This document shows, piece after piece, positions 49,689 to 60,014 of a stretch of 64,000 nucleotides of DNA. Both the position numbers and the translations under genes were made by a program. Source of the DNA: an uncultured Rhodospirillaceae bacterium. GTDB lineage: Bacteria > Pseudomonadota > Alphaproteobacteria > UBA6615. The stretch spans positions 6,958 to 70,957 of the forward strand of contig CAZHBA010000110.1 in NCBI GenBank assembly GCA_964530225.1, given 5' to 3'. The stretch's first letter is position 1; each line of letters opens with the position of its first letter. The notes beneath the pieces are model-generated. The model did no database searches, was not told where the DNA came from, and worked only from the letters and a program-made list of their open reading frames with translations.

Positions 49689-50228
49689 ATGGCTGACCTT
49701 AAATCTAATATCGAGCCCCGGTTCCTGCGCGACGAGAACCTGCGCCAGGGGATTGAACTGCTGTTTTACGCCTACCGCGACTTTACCGCCGAACCCGATG
49801 CAATCCTGGCGAAATGGGGGTTTGGACGGGCGCACCACCGGGTGATTTACTTTGTCGGTCGCAATCCCAATATTACGGTCACCGAACTGTTGGAAATTCT
49901 AAAAATTACCAAGCAGAGCCTATCGCGCGTGCTGAGCACGCTGGTCGAAGATGATTTCATCGATCAACGCGCCGATCCGTCCGACCGGCGGCGTAAATTG
50001 CTAACGCTCGGCGAAAAGGGCCTGAAACTGGAGCGCGAACTGACGACGACGCAAATGGCCCGTTTCGCCCGTGCCTATCGCGAAACCGGCGCAGACGCAG
50101 TCGAAGGGTTTTGCCGGGTCCTGAGCGGTATCATCAATCCCGAAGACCGCGCCCGTGTCCGCCCCCGACATCGGCCCGGCGCTGGTAGAGAGAGTGGGCC
50201 GGAACCGGTCAAACAGAAAAAAAACTAA
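49689..50228 (+). CDS. MarR family transcriptional regulator
   Basis: Has a winged-HTH region (ITVTELLEILKITKQSLSRVLSTLVEDDFIDQRADPSDRRRKLLTLGEKG). Confidence 0.8.
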   Translation: MADLKSNIEPRFLRDENLRQGIELLFYAYRDFTAEPDAILAKWGFGRAHHRVIYFVGRNPNITVTELLEILKITKQSLSRVLSTLVEDDFIDQRADPSDRRRKLLTLGEKGLKLERELTTTQMARFARAYRETGADAVEGFCRVLSGIINPEDRARVRPRHRPGAGRESGPEPVKQKKN

Positions 50229-50728
50229 CCACCGTAGAACACCTTCTCGCCTAAATTTCTCATCTCTAGCGAAGCATCGTCAGGGCGCCCCGATGGATCT
50301 TTATTGACGCGTGCGGCAACGACTTCGCCAACAACGATATGGTGGTCACCCTGCGAAACCGTTTCGACAACCCGGCATTCCACCGAAGCGCTGGCATTGG
50401 AGAGTAGAGGTACGCCCGTTTCTCCATCTTCAACGGGCTCGTCGCCAATCTTACCGCCCGAACGCTCGACCGGCTTGAAGAAGGCGAAGGCAACCCCCGA
50501 CTGGTCTTTGCTGAGAAAATTAAGCGCAAATATTCCGGTCTCGCCGACAACGGCATTTGCCGAGGAATCGGCTTTTATTCCCACCGCGACGAGTGGAGGA
50601 CTGAAAGATGCCTGCGTCACCCAATTGACCGTTGCCGCCGCTGTCGTTCCGTCGGACGTCTCGGCAGTTATTACGTAGATTCCATACGGTATCATCCGTA
50701 GAGCAATTTTTTTTGCGTCTTCGTCCAC
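50225..50728 (-). CDS. Flavin reductase family protein (FMN-binding split barrel)
   Basis: The Flavin_Reduct-like N-terminus is ALRMIPYGIYVITAETSDGTTAAATVNWVTQASFSPPLVAVGI. Confidence 0.75.
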   Translation of the reverse strand: MDEDAKKIALRMIPYGIYVITAETSDGTTAAATVNWVTQASFSPPLVAVGIKADSSANAVVGETGIFALNFLSKDQSGVAFAFFKPVERSGGKIGDEPVEDGETGVPLLSNASASVECRVVETVSQGDHHIVVGEVVAARVNKDPSGRPDDASLEMRNLGEKVFYGG

Positions 50729-50861
50729 TTATGACCTCCCCAATTCGCTTATTTTTATAGAACGGATACTTCGCCGTAAGCATATCACCTCTGCAATGCT
50801 TTACCACAATATCCACCGATCGCTTTGGCGGTGGGTCCATAGCGAAGTATACTTGCGCGCA

Positions 50862-51542
50862 ATGGATGACACGCCCCATATCCTAGTCGTTGATGATGAC
50901 ACTCGCCTGCGCGAACTATTGCGAAAATTTCTTTCGGAGAACGGGTTTCGCGTGACCACTTCAGCCGACGCAGCGGAAGCGCGCCAAATGTTAACCTCGC
51001 TGGAATTCGACCTCATGGTGTTGGATGTCATGATGCCAGGCGAGTCCGGCTTTGAACTCACCAGCGGGTTGCGCGAGTTCAGCGAAGTACCGATCCTGCT
51101 TTTGACCGCGATGGGTGAACCCGAAGACCGAATCGACGGTCTCGAACGCGGCGCTGACGATTATTTGTCGAAACCTTTCGAGCCACGCGAGTTGCTGGCC
51201 CGCGTTCGCTCGATCTTGCGCCGCGCAACACCGCGGCTCAGTGGCAGAGCCGAAATTGTGCTGGGCAACCACCAATATGACCCAGTTCGCCAGCAACTGC
51301 TCGGGCCCGGAGGACCAGTTCGTTTGACCGGCGCCGAAGCGCGCCTTCTCCAAGTACTTGCGGCCAATCCGGGTAATCCCATTAGCCGCGAAACATTGCA
51401 GACGCAGAGCAAGCTTGGCGGCTCCGTCCGTGCGGTGGACGTGCAAGTCACTCGATTGCGCCGTAAGATTGAGCCAGATCCTAAGGTACCGCGATACCTG
51501 CAAACAATCCGTGGACAAGGCTACGTGCTATGGCCCGACTAG
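50862..51542 (+). CDS. OmpR-family two-component response regulator
   Basis: The start was chosen at ATG 50862. The receiver domain has HILVVDDD...DLMVLDVMMPGESG, and the C-terminal winged helix ends in IQTIRGQGYVL. Confidence 0.9.
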   Translation: MDDTPHILVVDDDTRLRELLRKFLSENGFRVTTSADAAEARQMLTSLEFDLMVLDVMMPGESGFELTSGLREFSEVPILLLTAMGEPEDRIDGLERGADDYLSKPFEPRELLARVRSILRRATPRLSGRAEIVLGNHQYDPVRQQLLGPGGPVRLTGAEARLLQVLAANPGNPISRETLQTQSKLGGSVRAVDVQVTRLRRKIEPDPKVPRYLQTIRGQGYVLWPD

Positions 51543-52882
51543 ACGACATCTATCGTCCGGCCAATTCGTTCCGGCTGGCAATCAAGCGGACCCTACCTCG
51601 CGGGCTGTTAGGTCGTGCGCTGCTGATCATCATCGTCCCCCTGGTCGTCTTGCAGGTCGTCAGTGGTGTCGTGTTCTACGACCGCCACTGGGCGAATGTC
51701 AGCCGCCACCGGGCCAACGCGCTGGCGGGAGATGTCGCCGTGTTTGTCGAACTTCTGCGCGACACCGAGCCCGGGGACACGAAAAATGAGATATTCGGCA
51801 TGGCCCATCGCAACCTCGATCTGGTGATGCGTTTCGAGCGCGACGAAATTCTGACGAATGAGACCTTCGAGCCCAGGGGTAACTTGGAAACGACATTGAG
51901 CCGCTCGCTCGAGCAAATTGTTCACCGCCCCTTTGTCATAGACACAGAAAGCGAGAAACGGCGGGTACTAATTTCCGTCCAACTTCCCGTAGGTATTCTT
52001 CATGTTTCCGCCAATGCGGAACGGCTGATCAGTTCGACAACAAAGATTTTCATCATGTGGATGATCGGCACATCGCTGATTTTATTTGGTGTCGCCACGA
52101 TCTTCATGCGCAACCAGGTTAGCCCACTGCGCCGCCTAGCATCGGCCGCCGAGAACCTTGGAAAGGGCCGGGATACACCCAACTTCAGCCCGTCGGGCGC
52201 GACCGAGGTTCGCCAGGCCGCGGCGGCATTTATGTCGATGCGCGACCGAATCCAACGTCAAATCCAACAGCGCACCGAGATGCTCGCCGGCGTCAGTCAC
52301 GATTTACGCACCCCGCTCACGCGCATGAAGCTACAGCTCGCCATGTTGCAAGATAACACCGAAATCAAAGAGCTGAATTCCGATGTCGCGGCCATGGAAG
52401 GAATGATCGAAGGCTATCTGAACTTCGCCCGTGGCGAAGGCAGCGAAACGCCAACCCCGGTCAACGCGCAACAGTTACTCAACGAAGTCGTCCACGATGC
52501 CCGGCGTAACAGCGTTCAGATTTCGTCCGACATGATGGAATCGGTTGAACTGACTCTCGCCCAGAATGCGTTTAAGCGCTGTCTCACAAATCTCATCGAA
52601 AACGCCGCACAAAACGGCGACAATGTTTCTATCGTCGGTCAGCGCAACGGCAGTATTTTGGAATTTATCATCGACGACGATGGACCGGGCATTCCCGAAG
52701 ACATGCGCGAAGAGGTGTTCCGGCCGTTTTTCCGACTCGACCAGTCGCGCAACGTAGCGACTGGCGGCACCGGGCTAGGATTGTCGATCGCCCGCGACAT
52801 CGTGCGCAGCCACGGCGGCGAAATTACGCTTACTGATTCGCCCGCTGGCGGCCTACGCGCCACGGTTCGCGTACCGATTTAG
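51530..52882 (+). CDS. EnvZ-like sensor histidine kinase
   Basis: Has two TM segments, a HAMP domain, the H-box SHDLRTPLTR, and N/G boxes (NLIENAAQNG, DDDGPGIP, GGTGLGLSI). Its start overlaps the regulator's stop. Confidence 0.9.
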   Translation: MARLDDIYRPANSFRLAIKRTLPRGLLGRALLIIIVPLVVLQVVSGVVFYDRHWANVSRHRANALAGDVAVFVELLRDTEPGDTKNEIFGMAHRNLDLVMRFERDEILTNETFEPRGNLETTLSRSLEQIVHRPFVIDTESEKRRVLISVQLPVGILHVSANAERLISSTTKIFIMWMIGTSLILFGVATIFMRNQVSPLRRLASAAENLGKGRDTPNFSPSGATEVRQAAAAFMSMRDRIQRQIQQRTEMLAGVSHDLRTPLTRMKLQLAMLQDNTEIKELNSDVAAMEGMIEGYLNFARGEGSETPTPVNAQQLLNEVVHDARRNSVQISSDMMESVELTLAQNAFKRCLTNLIENAAQNGDNVSIVGQRNGSILEFIIDDDGPGIPEDMREEVFRPFFRLDQSRNVATGGTGLGLSIARDIVRSHGGEITLTDSPAGGLRATVRVPI

Positions 52883-52891
52883 AAAATTTTC

Positions 52892-53227
52892 CTAAAATAG
52901 GCGCCCGCCATTGGGGACCTCATGGTCGATGCCGATGAGGACGACTTCACCACCGGAGTCAGGAAAGCCAAGCACGAGTATCTCCGACATGAACTTCCCC
53001 ACCTGCTTGGGCGGAAAATTCACCACGGCGGCAACCTGGCGGCCGATTAAGTCTCCCGCTTTGTAGTATTTGGTAATCTGTGCCGACGTCTTGCGGGTGC
53101 CCATATCGGCACCAAAATCCACCCACAGCTTGTAGGCCGATTTGCGGGCTTCAGGAAACTCCTGCACGTCGACAATCGTGCCGACGCGAACATCAATTTT
53201 GAGGAAATCGTCAAACGAGATGGTCAT
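52892..53227 (-). CDS. csaA: tRNA-binding domain protein (CsaA/YgjH-like)
   Basis: FLKIDVRVGTIVDVQEFPEARKSAYKLWVDFG... is the OB-fold tRNA_bind signature. Length is 111 aa. Confidence 0.8.
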   Translation of the reverse strand: MTISFDDFLKIDVRVGTIVDVQEFPEARKSAYKLWVDFGADMGTRKTSAQITKYYKAGDLIGRQVAAVVNFPPKQVGKFMSEILVLGFPDSGGEVVLIGIDHEVPNGGRLF

Positions 53228-53241
53228 CGGCTCGATGGAAA

Positions 53242-53856
53242 CTAGGTTTCGTTGGTTTCGCCAGTAGAGCGAAGCCCAAGAACCAGCCCGGCGGTTTCCT
53301 CCATACGGCGCAAATTGCGGTCTAGCACCGCCATCGTCCGCGCCATGTCGGGGTCTTCATCGGAAAACCATGTGCGCTGGGTCGCCAGCCAAACGCCTTC
53401 AATAGCATGGATGCGTGCCAGCCCGCGCAGCCCCTTGGTCGACACGCCAACCGCCTCAAGCATTCGGCCAAACGAGCAATGCGCCTGGGGAATCAACGTA
53501 ACTAGAGTAACCGGATCGCGGGGCAGATCGTGGCAAAGAGCGACCAACGCCGTGCGGACTGGCAATAGAACTTCGAAGCGCCGCATCAGTACATCGAACA
53601 GACGATCATGCATGCTGACTTCCACTTCGCCTTCTGCCTCGTCTTGGCTTTCGAGCACCGCGAGGTCGGTACATCGGACAAAGGCGTTGAGCACCGCCGA
53701 TTTCGTCGGTGTCAGCCGGTAGACTTCATCGGCATCAAGTTTGGCTGCCACCACGATATCGTCGAGGGTTATTGCCGACCAGCCGCGCTCGACCGACAAT
53801 TTTAATGCGGCGTCGACAATGCGCTCCTGCTTGTCTTTTTGCTGTTTTGTCGCCAT
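53242..53856 (-). CDS. TetR/AcrR-family transcriptional regulator (probable)
   Basis: Has an N-terminal HTH-like segment (ERIVDAALKLSVERGWSAITLDDIVVAAKL) and an all-helical remainder. Confidence 0.6.
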   Translation of the reverse strand: MATKQQKDKQERIVDAALKLSVERGWSAITLDDIVVAAKLDADEVYRLTPTKSAVLNAFVRCTDLAVLESQDEAEGEVEVSMHDRLFDVLMRRFEVLLPVRTALVALCHDLPRDPVTLVTLIPQAHCSFGRMLEAVGVSTKGLRGLARIHAIEGVWLATQRTWFSDEDPDMARTMAVLDRNLRRMEETAGLVLGLRSTGETNET

Positions 53857-53926
53857 GGGATTCTACCGGTTGTTTGATGAAAGTGTACCGGGATAATTCG
53901 GCAAAGCTATGGCAGGGATCGGACTT

Positions 53927-54727
53927 TTACGCCAATTCGCGCGACCGTTCGGTGGCGCGGACGATGGCCTCGGTCATGAGTTTGGTCAGACCGTCCGGTC
54001 CCATGAGGGTTTCCAGCGCCGCCGCGGTCGTACCACCAGGGCTGGTGACGTTCTCGCGCAGGGTACCCGCCGGATCGCTGGATAGGGCCAGCAATTCGCC
54101 ACTACCCGCCACGGTCGCACGGGCCAATTGCATCGCTAGATCCTTCGGCAGACCGGCGGCTTCGCCCGCCACCGCCATCGCCTCCACAAGGTGAAAAACA
54201 TAGGCGGGGCCGCTGCCCGACAGACCGGTCACCGCGTCCAACAGCGCCTCGTCATCGATCCAGGCCACCTCGCCAACCGATTCCATCAAGCCGGTGCACA
54301 CGGCTTTCTGCTCGGACGACACGCGCGAATTGGCGCACAGTACCGTAATACCGCGGCCCACCGCCGCCGGGGTATTCGGCATCGCCCGCACGATTGCGCC
54401 GTCGGTGAGCGTCGCCTCGAAGTATCGAATCGGTTTACCCGCAGCGATTGACAGAAACACCGTCTCGGGACCGGCATATGTGACATAGGCCGGTGCAACC
54501 TCATCCATCGATTGCGGTTTGACGGCAAAAACGACGACCGACGGCCGATAACCGGAATCCAACGCCGCGGCCTCGGCATAGCGGGAAATGCCATCGGGCA
54601 GTTGCGGCTGCATCGGTTCGATAACGGACACATGGCCGGCAGGGGTCCCCCGGTTCAGCCAGCCGTTGAGTAAGGCGCTGCCCATCTTACCGCATCCGAC
54701 AAGCAAAATTCTTTGGTGATCGGTCAT
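53927..54727 (-). CDS. proC: Pyrroline-5-carboxylate reductase
   Basis: The start was chosen at ATG 54727, giving MTDHQRILLVGCGKMGSALL (Rossmann). The C-terminal P5CR motif SPGGTTAAALETL is present. The longer ORF-track start overlaps the neighbouring gene. Confidence 0.9.
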   Translation of the reverse strand: MTDHQRILLVGCGKMGSALLNGWLNRGTPAGHVSVIEPMQPQLPDGISRYAEAAALDSGYRPSVVVFAVKPQSMDEVAPAYVTYAGPETVFLSIAAGKPIRYFEATLTDGAIVRAMPNTPAAVGRGITVLCANSRVSSEQKAVCTGLMESVGEVAWIDDEALLDAVTGLSGSGPAYVFHLVEAMAVAGEAAGLPKDLAMQLARATVAGSGELLALSSDPAGTLRENVTSPGGTTAAALETLMGPDGLTKLMTEAIVRATERSRELA

Positions 54728-54764
54728 TTTTTCTACCCTGGACTTAAGCCCAGGCCGGACCGTA

Positions 54765-55265
54765 TCAGGCCTCGCCGACCGTTTCAAAGACCACGGAGGC
54801 CATGGCATCGACTGGCGAGCGGCCGCCCCAGACGACATACTGGAACGCCGGATAAAACCGGTCCATCTCGTGCAACGCAATATCGAGCAAATCTTCGATC
54901 TGCTCGGCCGACAAAGCGCCGCCGCGCAACAATAGGGCATGGCGGTAGGCCGGCAGGCCATCGACGGTACCGATGTCGAAATGGCCGATCCCCAACCGAT
55001 CATTGAGTAGCGCCAGCAGTTCGTGCACCGGCGCCCGGCGGTCTTGCGGCGTGCGCATATCGAAGGCACATGTCATTTGCAGCGCCCCCATATCGTCGGT
55101 CCAATGGAACACGATGTGGTAATCGCACCAACGCCCCATCGCCTCGGCCAACAACTCGTCACGCGTGGTACGTTCCAGCGCCCAATCGCGCAGCGCCATA
55201 GTTTCTTCGACAAGATCGAGGGGATGGACGTTTTGGCGGATGTAATCGGTCGAAACGACAGCCAT
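54765..55265 (-). CDS. YbjN domain-containing protein
   Basis: The start was chosen at ATG 55265. WCDYHIVFHWTDDMGALQMTCAFDM and FDIGTVDGLPAYRHALLLRG are typical of the alphaproteobacterial YbjN protein found next to proC. Confidence 0.75.
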   Translation of the reverse strand: MAVVSTDYIRQNVHPLDLVEETMALRDWALERTTRDELLAEAMGRWCDYHIVFHWTDDMGALQMTCAFDMRTPQDRRAPVHELLALLNDRLGIGHFDIGTVDGLPAYRHALLLRGGALSAEQIEDLLDIALHEMDRFYPAFQYVVWGGRSPVDAMASVVFETVGEA

Positions 55266-55518
55266 ATTTGAGCTTCCAACGCGCCACGTGCCGATTTTCG
55301 TGCGGTTAGCACGAAAATCCGAATATCCCAGCGAAGGCACAAAATATTGTACAGCCGACGCCAAGACCTACTATCGAATGTAGACTGTCACAGTGTCTTA
55401 TTGCGCCGCAACCGGCAAGCCTGTGGGCAACTGCCGATGATGAAAAAGAACATAAAAGAGACGGCTCGCGCCCTAGAACGACGTCGCTATTGGTCTGGAA
55501 AAACGTTAAATTCCCGTC

Positions 55519-56094
55519 ATGAGATACCTATATACTGCCGTAATCCTCTTTGCCTTCCTCGCCGGCCTGGCTGGAGCGCAAAGCCGCAACCAAAATTAGA
55601 CGTAGTGTGAAGGCGGGGACCCCGTCCTCAGCATCAAGGGCTGCGCGACTCTGATTCAACCGCAAGCGGAAACACGGAATAATCTGGCGATTGCCCACAG
55701 CAACCGCGGCATTACATATTCCGACAAGGGCGATTTAAACTGGGTGATCGCCAACTACGAGCAGGCGCTCAAGCTAAATCCCGAGATCGCGGTGGCGCTC
55801 AATAGCCTGGCCCGGCATCTTGCGATCATGCCGGTGGCGGACCGGCGCGACGGAAAGCGTGCAGTGCAATTTGCCGCACGCGCTCTCGCGTTGAACGATC
55901 GCGAATCGGGATTTTTCGATAGCACGGCAACCGCCTATGCCGAAGCCGGACGCTTCGCCAACGCCGTACGTGCGCAAAAGACAGGCATTGAGATACTACG
56001 GCTGGTCAATAGAATGCCAGCAACAGTCATCGAAGATTTCGAAAGCCGTTTGCAACTGTATAAAAGCAATCGGCCTTTTTACCGCTCGCAATAA
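55519..56094 (+). pseudogene. Secreted TPR-repeat protein gene interrupted by two in-frame TAG codons (55597-55599 and 55603-55605)
   Basis: The signal peptide ORF is MRYLYTAVILFAFLAGLAGAQSRNQN-TAG-T-TAG-CEGGDPVLSIKGCATLIQ...NRGITYSDKGDLNWVIANYEQALKLNPE... The signal peptide and the TPR body (ORF 55744-56094) are in the same frame. Confidence 0.6.
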
Positions 56095-56133
56095 CCTCCC
56101 CCTGTGGATACCGCCCTATCGAAGGAGCGACTC

Positions 56134-56931
56134 ATGAATCTCAACCTGTCAGGAAAGCGCGCGCTGGTCACCGGCTCAACCCTGGGCATCGGGCGGGCGA
56201 TCGCCGAAGCTCTACTGGCCGAAGGTGCTAGCGTCATCGTCAACAGCCGCAACCAGGACCGAATCGATCAAGCGGTCGCCGATATGTCCGCAAACGGTGA
56301 AGTCAGCGGTCTGGCCGCCAACCTGTCGACCGCCGATGGCACAGCGGCGCTGATCGCCTTTGTCCAGGACCAGAACCCCATCGACATCCTGGTCAACAAT
56401 GCCGGCACCTTCACAGTCAAGGAGTTCTTCGATATCGAAGACACCGACTGGCAGCATATGTTTGAGCTCAACGTGATGAGCGGCGTGCGCTTGGCGCGCG
56501 CGCTAATGCCCGACATGCTGGAACGTGGTTGGGGCCGCATCGTCTTCATCGGCTCGGACCAGAGTTCGAAGCCGAACCCGTCGATGGCCCATTACGCCAT
56601 GACCAAGACTGCGCTGGTGTCGATCGCACGCAACTTGGCCGAGCTCACCCGCAACAGTAAAGTCACCGTGAACACGGTACAGGTGGCGCCGACCTGGACC
56701 GACGGCGTCAACGCCTACATGCACCAGATGGCGAAGATCGAAGGTTCGACGCCAGAGGAGATGAGCAAGACCTACTTCACCGAGGGTGAAGGCCGCACGT
56801 CGCTATTGCAACGTTGGGCGGGACCGGCGGAGATTGCCCACATGATCGCCTTCCTGTGTTCGCCCCTGGCGTCGGCAATCAACGGCGCGGCACCACGCGC
56901 CGACGGCGGTATGGTGCGCTCGCTGTTCTAG
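56134..56931 (+). CDS. SDR family oxidoreductase
   Basis: The start is at ATG 56134, after SD GAAGGAG. Motifs are TGSTLGIGRAIA (TGxxxGxG), NNAG and the catalytic YAMTK. Confidence 0.85.
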   Translation: MNLNLSGKRALVTGSTLGIGRAIAEALLAEGASVIVNSRNQDRIDQAVADMSANGEVSGLAANLSTADGTAALIAFVQDQNPIDILVNNAGTFTVKEFFDIEDTDWQHMFELNVMSGVRLARALMPDMLERGWGRIVFIGSDQSSKPNPSMAHYAMTKTALVSIARNLAELTRNSKVTVNTVQVAPTWTDGVNAYMHQMAKIEGSTPEEMSKTYFTEGEGRTSLLQRWAGPAEIAHMIAFLCSPLASAINGAAPRADGGMVRSLF

Positions 56932-56940
56932 GCGAAAGCT

Positions 56941-58011
56941 CTAGTAGAGGCGAGCGCCACTGTCCGCGTCGAACAGGTGGCAGTTATTGGCGTCGAAGGT
57001 GAACGACAGTTTGTCGCCTGGCCTGAACGCACGGTCGGGATCGACCTTCGCCACCAGCCGCTTGGGACCACCATAATCAAAGAACACCAGCGTTACTTCG
57101 CCCAGCGGCTCGATCAGGCTGACTTTTCCACTCATCGTCCCGTCGTCGGCTAGAACGTGCTCGGAGCGTACACCCATTGTAACTTTGCGTCCCGTTAGGC
57201 TGGACGGCAAATCGGCCGGTAGCGGCGAACTGATAGCTTCGGCGTGGAACACCGGCCCACCGTTCTCAGCTGCGACTTCGCCATCGAGAAAATTCATCGT
57301 CGGCATGCCGAAGAAACCAGCAACAAAGCGCGAGGCTGGCTTGCGGTAGATGTCGAGCGGCCCGCCGAGCTGCTCGATGGCGCCGCCGTTCATAACCACA
57401 ATGCGGTCAGCCATGGTCATCGCCTCGGCCTGGTCGTGCGTAACATAGACAAAAGTGCCGTTGAGGCGCTCGTGCAGACCCTTGAGTTCGGTTCGCATAT
57501 CGATGCGCAGCTTGGCGTCTAGGCTCGAGAGCGGCTCGTCCATCAGATAGACAGACGGGTTATTGACGATAGTGCGTGCGAGAGCAACGCGCTGCGCCTC
57601 ACCGCCAGAACACTGGCCCGGCCTTTTGGCGAGCAACGGCAGGATATGCATCGCATCAGCGGCCCTGTGGACGCGCTCTTTAATTTCCTGATCGGGCGTC
57701 GATTTGACGCGCATTCCAAAGGCGATGTTGTCGAACACCGACATATGGGGAAACAACGCCAGATCCTGGAACACCATGCCGAGTCCGCGCTCGCCGGGTT
57801 CGGTGTGGGTCACCACCCGGTCGCCGATGATGACCTCCCCGCTGGTCGGCATTATCAAGCCGGAAATCATGTTCAACGTCGTCGTTTTGCCGCAACCGGA
57901 CGGCCCGACCATAATCAGGAATTCGCCGTCATAAATTTCCAGATTAATGCCTTTGACAGCGTTGAATCTGCCAAAGGTCTTTACCAGATCTTCAAGGACG
58001 ATACGTGCCAC
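56941..58011 (-). CDS. Sugar-type ABC transporter ATP-binding protein (UgpC/MalK-like)
   Basis: Has GPSGCGKTT, LSGGE-like CSGGEAQRVALAR, LMDEPLSSLD and a C-terminal TOBE-like regulatory domain. Confidence 0.9.
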   Translation of the reverse strand: MARIVLEDLVKTFGRFNAVKGINLEIYDGEFLIMVGPSGCGKTTTLNMISGLIMPTSGEVIIGDRVVTHTEPGERGLGMVFQDLALFPHMSVFDNIAFGMRVKSTPDQEIKERVHRAADAMHILPLLAKRPGQCSGGEAQRVALARTIVNNPSVYLMDEPLSSLDAKLRIDMRTELKGLHERLNGTFVYVTHDQAEAMTMADRIVVMNGGAIEQLGGPLDIYRKPASRFVAGFFGMPTMNFLDGEVAAENGGPVFHAEAISSPLPADLPSSLTGRKVTMGVRSEHVLADDGTMSGKVSLIEPLGEVTLVFFDYGGPKRLVAKVDPDRAFRPGDKLSFTFDANNCHLFDADSGARLY

Positions 58012-58048
58012 CTAACCATTCCTCTGTTTTGTCTTACAGGCGCGCCGC

Positions 58049-58999
58049 CTATCGGCGCATCATTCCGAAACTGAATCCCTTCACCAGATGTTTCTGGATC
58101 ACCATACCCAAAATTACGACTGGGATAGTGATTACCGTGCCGATCGCTGCCTGCGGGCCGTAGAGCCGTCCTTCGGACGCGCTCTGAAACTTGTTGAGCA
58201 GCACCGGCAGAGTAGAGACGTCGGGATGGGTTAGCGTCAGCGCCAATAGAAATTCCGCCCAATTGAGAATAAAGACGAACAGAAACGTCACCACCATACC
58301 CGACGCCACCAACGGCAGCACAACCTTGCGTAGCGTGTACATGCGCCCTGCTCCCATGATGCGTGCCGCGTGCTCGAGCGTATAGGGTACCTCGTCGATG
58401 AAACTTAGCATCATCCATATGACGAACGGCAGCGTTACGGTGAGATAGAGCATGCTCACGCCGATACGGGTATCGAACAGGCTGATGCGCACGCTGAACA
58501 CCGATTCCGTCGCGTAGGGGATCAACACCGCGTAGTACATCAGAAGCGGAATAGCGATGACGATAGGCGGGATCATGCGCACCAGCAGCACCATATGGCG
58601 GAACTTGCTACCGCCCACATTGAAGCGCGAAATCGCGTAAGCGAGGAACGTGCCCATGAACAGCGCGATCAGCGACGAAATCGTACAGATCAACAGCGAG
58701 TCCACGAGCGAGCCCCAGATGGAGAAGGGCTGCTCGGTCGCCTCGCGTGCGACGCCGGCCTGCTGCACATCGAAGGTAAAGATCTGCTCGTAGTTCTTCA
58801 GCGTCGGATCGTGCGGTACCCAGTGCGGCGGCCACGACACCCACTCGCCCGAATCCTTGAACGACGTCTGCAGCATCCAGTAAATCGGGAACATGATGAT
58901 CAGCGCCCAGGTAATCAGGATCACATGGCGCAGGACCGGCATATAATCACGCTGCGCACGTGTTCCGCCGGCAGCCCTCTTCAGCGTTGCGTCGCTCAT
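58049..58999 (-). CDS. Carbohydrate ABC transporter permease (MalG/UgpE-like)
   Basis: A BPD_transp_1 membrane protein with the EAA-loop region LEHAARIMGAGRMYTLRKVVLP. Confidence 0.85.
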   Translation of the reverse strand: MSDATLKRAAGGTRAQRDYMPVLRHVILITWALIIMFPIYWMLQTSFKDSGEWVSWPPHWVPHDPTLKNYEQIFTFDVQQAGVAREATEQPFSIWGSLVDSLLICTISSLIALFMGTFLAYAISRFNVGGSKFRHMVLLVRMIPPIVIAIPLLMYYAVLIPYATESVFSVRISLFDTRIGVSMLYLTVTLPFVIWMMLSFIDEVPYTLEHAARIMGAGRMYTLRKVVLPLVASGMVVTFLFVFILNWAEFLLALTLTHPDVSTLPVLLNKFQSASEGRLYGPQAAIGTVITIPVVILGMVIQKHLVKGFSFGMMRR

Positions 59000-59973
59000 G
59001 TCACTCGCTCCTGTTCGAGCTGGGCCTTCTGGCGGATCATCAGCCAGATTCCTGTAAAGATCAGAACCGAGAACAGGATGAGCAGCAGGATCGACGCGGC
59101 GGCGCCGAAGCTATATTTGTTAAACTGCCAGACCTGCTCCCACAGATAGTAGGCAATGGTCTGCGTCGACGTGCCCGGTCCGCCGAAGGTCAGCAGTACA
59201 ACGGGATCGAACATCTTCAACGCCTCCATCGAGCGGATGACCACCGCGATAACTATGGCGGGCCTGAGTAGCGGGAGCTCGACCCAGAAAAATATCTGCC
59301 GCTTGCTGGCACCCATGACGCGGGCAGCCGCGATAAGTTGCGGCGGCAAGGCCGAAAAGCCGGACAGGAAGATCAGGAACGTCAGTGACGTCCACTGCCA
59401 TATATCGGCGAAAATGATGGCCAGCTGCGCTGCCGTCGGGTCGGACAGCCAACGAATGCGCGGATTGAAACCTAATAACGTCGTGATCGGCGATAGCAGC
59501 TGGTTAAGCGGCCCGCTGTCGAGATAGATCATCGAAAAATTGTATCCGGCGACAACCGGCACGATCATCATTGGGATGAGAAACAGCGTGATATAAATAC
59601 GCCGACCACACACTACGCGGTGCACCAGCATGGCCAAGATGAAGCCGACCAACAGCTCGAAGACGACGGCGGTACCAGCAAAGTAAAACGTTCGCCCAAG
59701 CGAGGCCCAAAACCCTGCATCGGTCAACACCTGCTCGTAGTTGCGCAAACCCGACAGATAAGCCTGCTCGAACGGTCGGTTGGCGCGCCAGCGCAAAAAA
59801 CTGATGTAGACCGTCAGAATGAACGGGATGATGATGACGAGGATGAACGTACCCTCGACCAATATGAACGGTATCCAGCGGAACACCCGCTCCTGGGCCA
59901 GCCAGGCACCTAACCTGGAGAAAACCCCATTGCGGCGGCCCGCTGCCGGGTCGCTCATTGTCGCATCGGCCAT
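58996..59973 (-). CDS. Carbohydrate ABC transporter permease (MalF/UgpA-like)
   Basis: A BPD_transp_1 membrane protein with the EAA-loop AARVMGASKRQIFFWVELP. It is coupled to the next gene by an ATGA overlap. Confidence 0.85.
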   Translation of the reverse strand: MADATMSDPAAGRRNGVFSRLGAWLAQERVFRWIPFILVEGTFILVIIIPFILTVYISFLRWRANRPFEQAYLSGLRNYEQVLTDAGFWASLGRTFYFAGTAVVFELLVGFILAMLVHRVVCGRRIYITLFLIPMMIVPVVAGYNFSMIYLDSGPLNQLLSPITTLLGFNPRIRWLSDPTAAQLAIIFADIWQWTSLTFLIFLSGFSALPPQLIAAARVMGASKRQIFFWVELPLLRPAIVIAVVIRSMEALKMFDPVVLLTFGGPGTSTQTIAYYLWEQVWQFNKYSFGAAASILLLILFSVLIFTGIWLMIRQKAQLEQERVT

Positions 59974-60014
59974 CGTTTAATCTTAATCCGAACTGATACG
60001 AAAACAGCGGGAAA

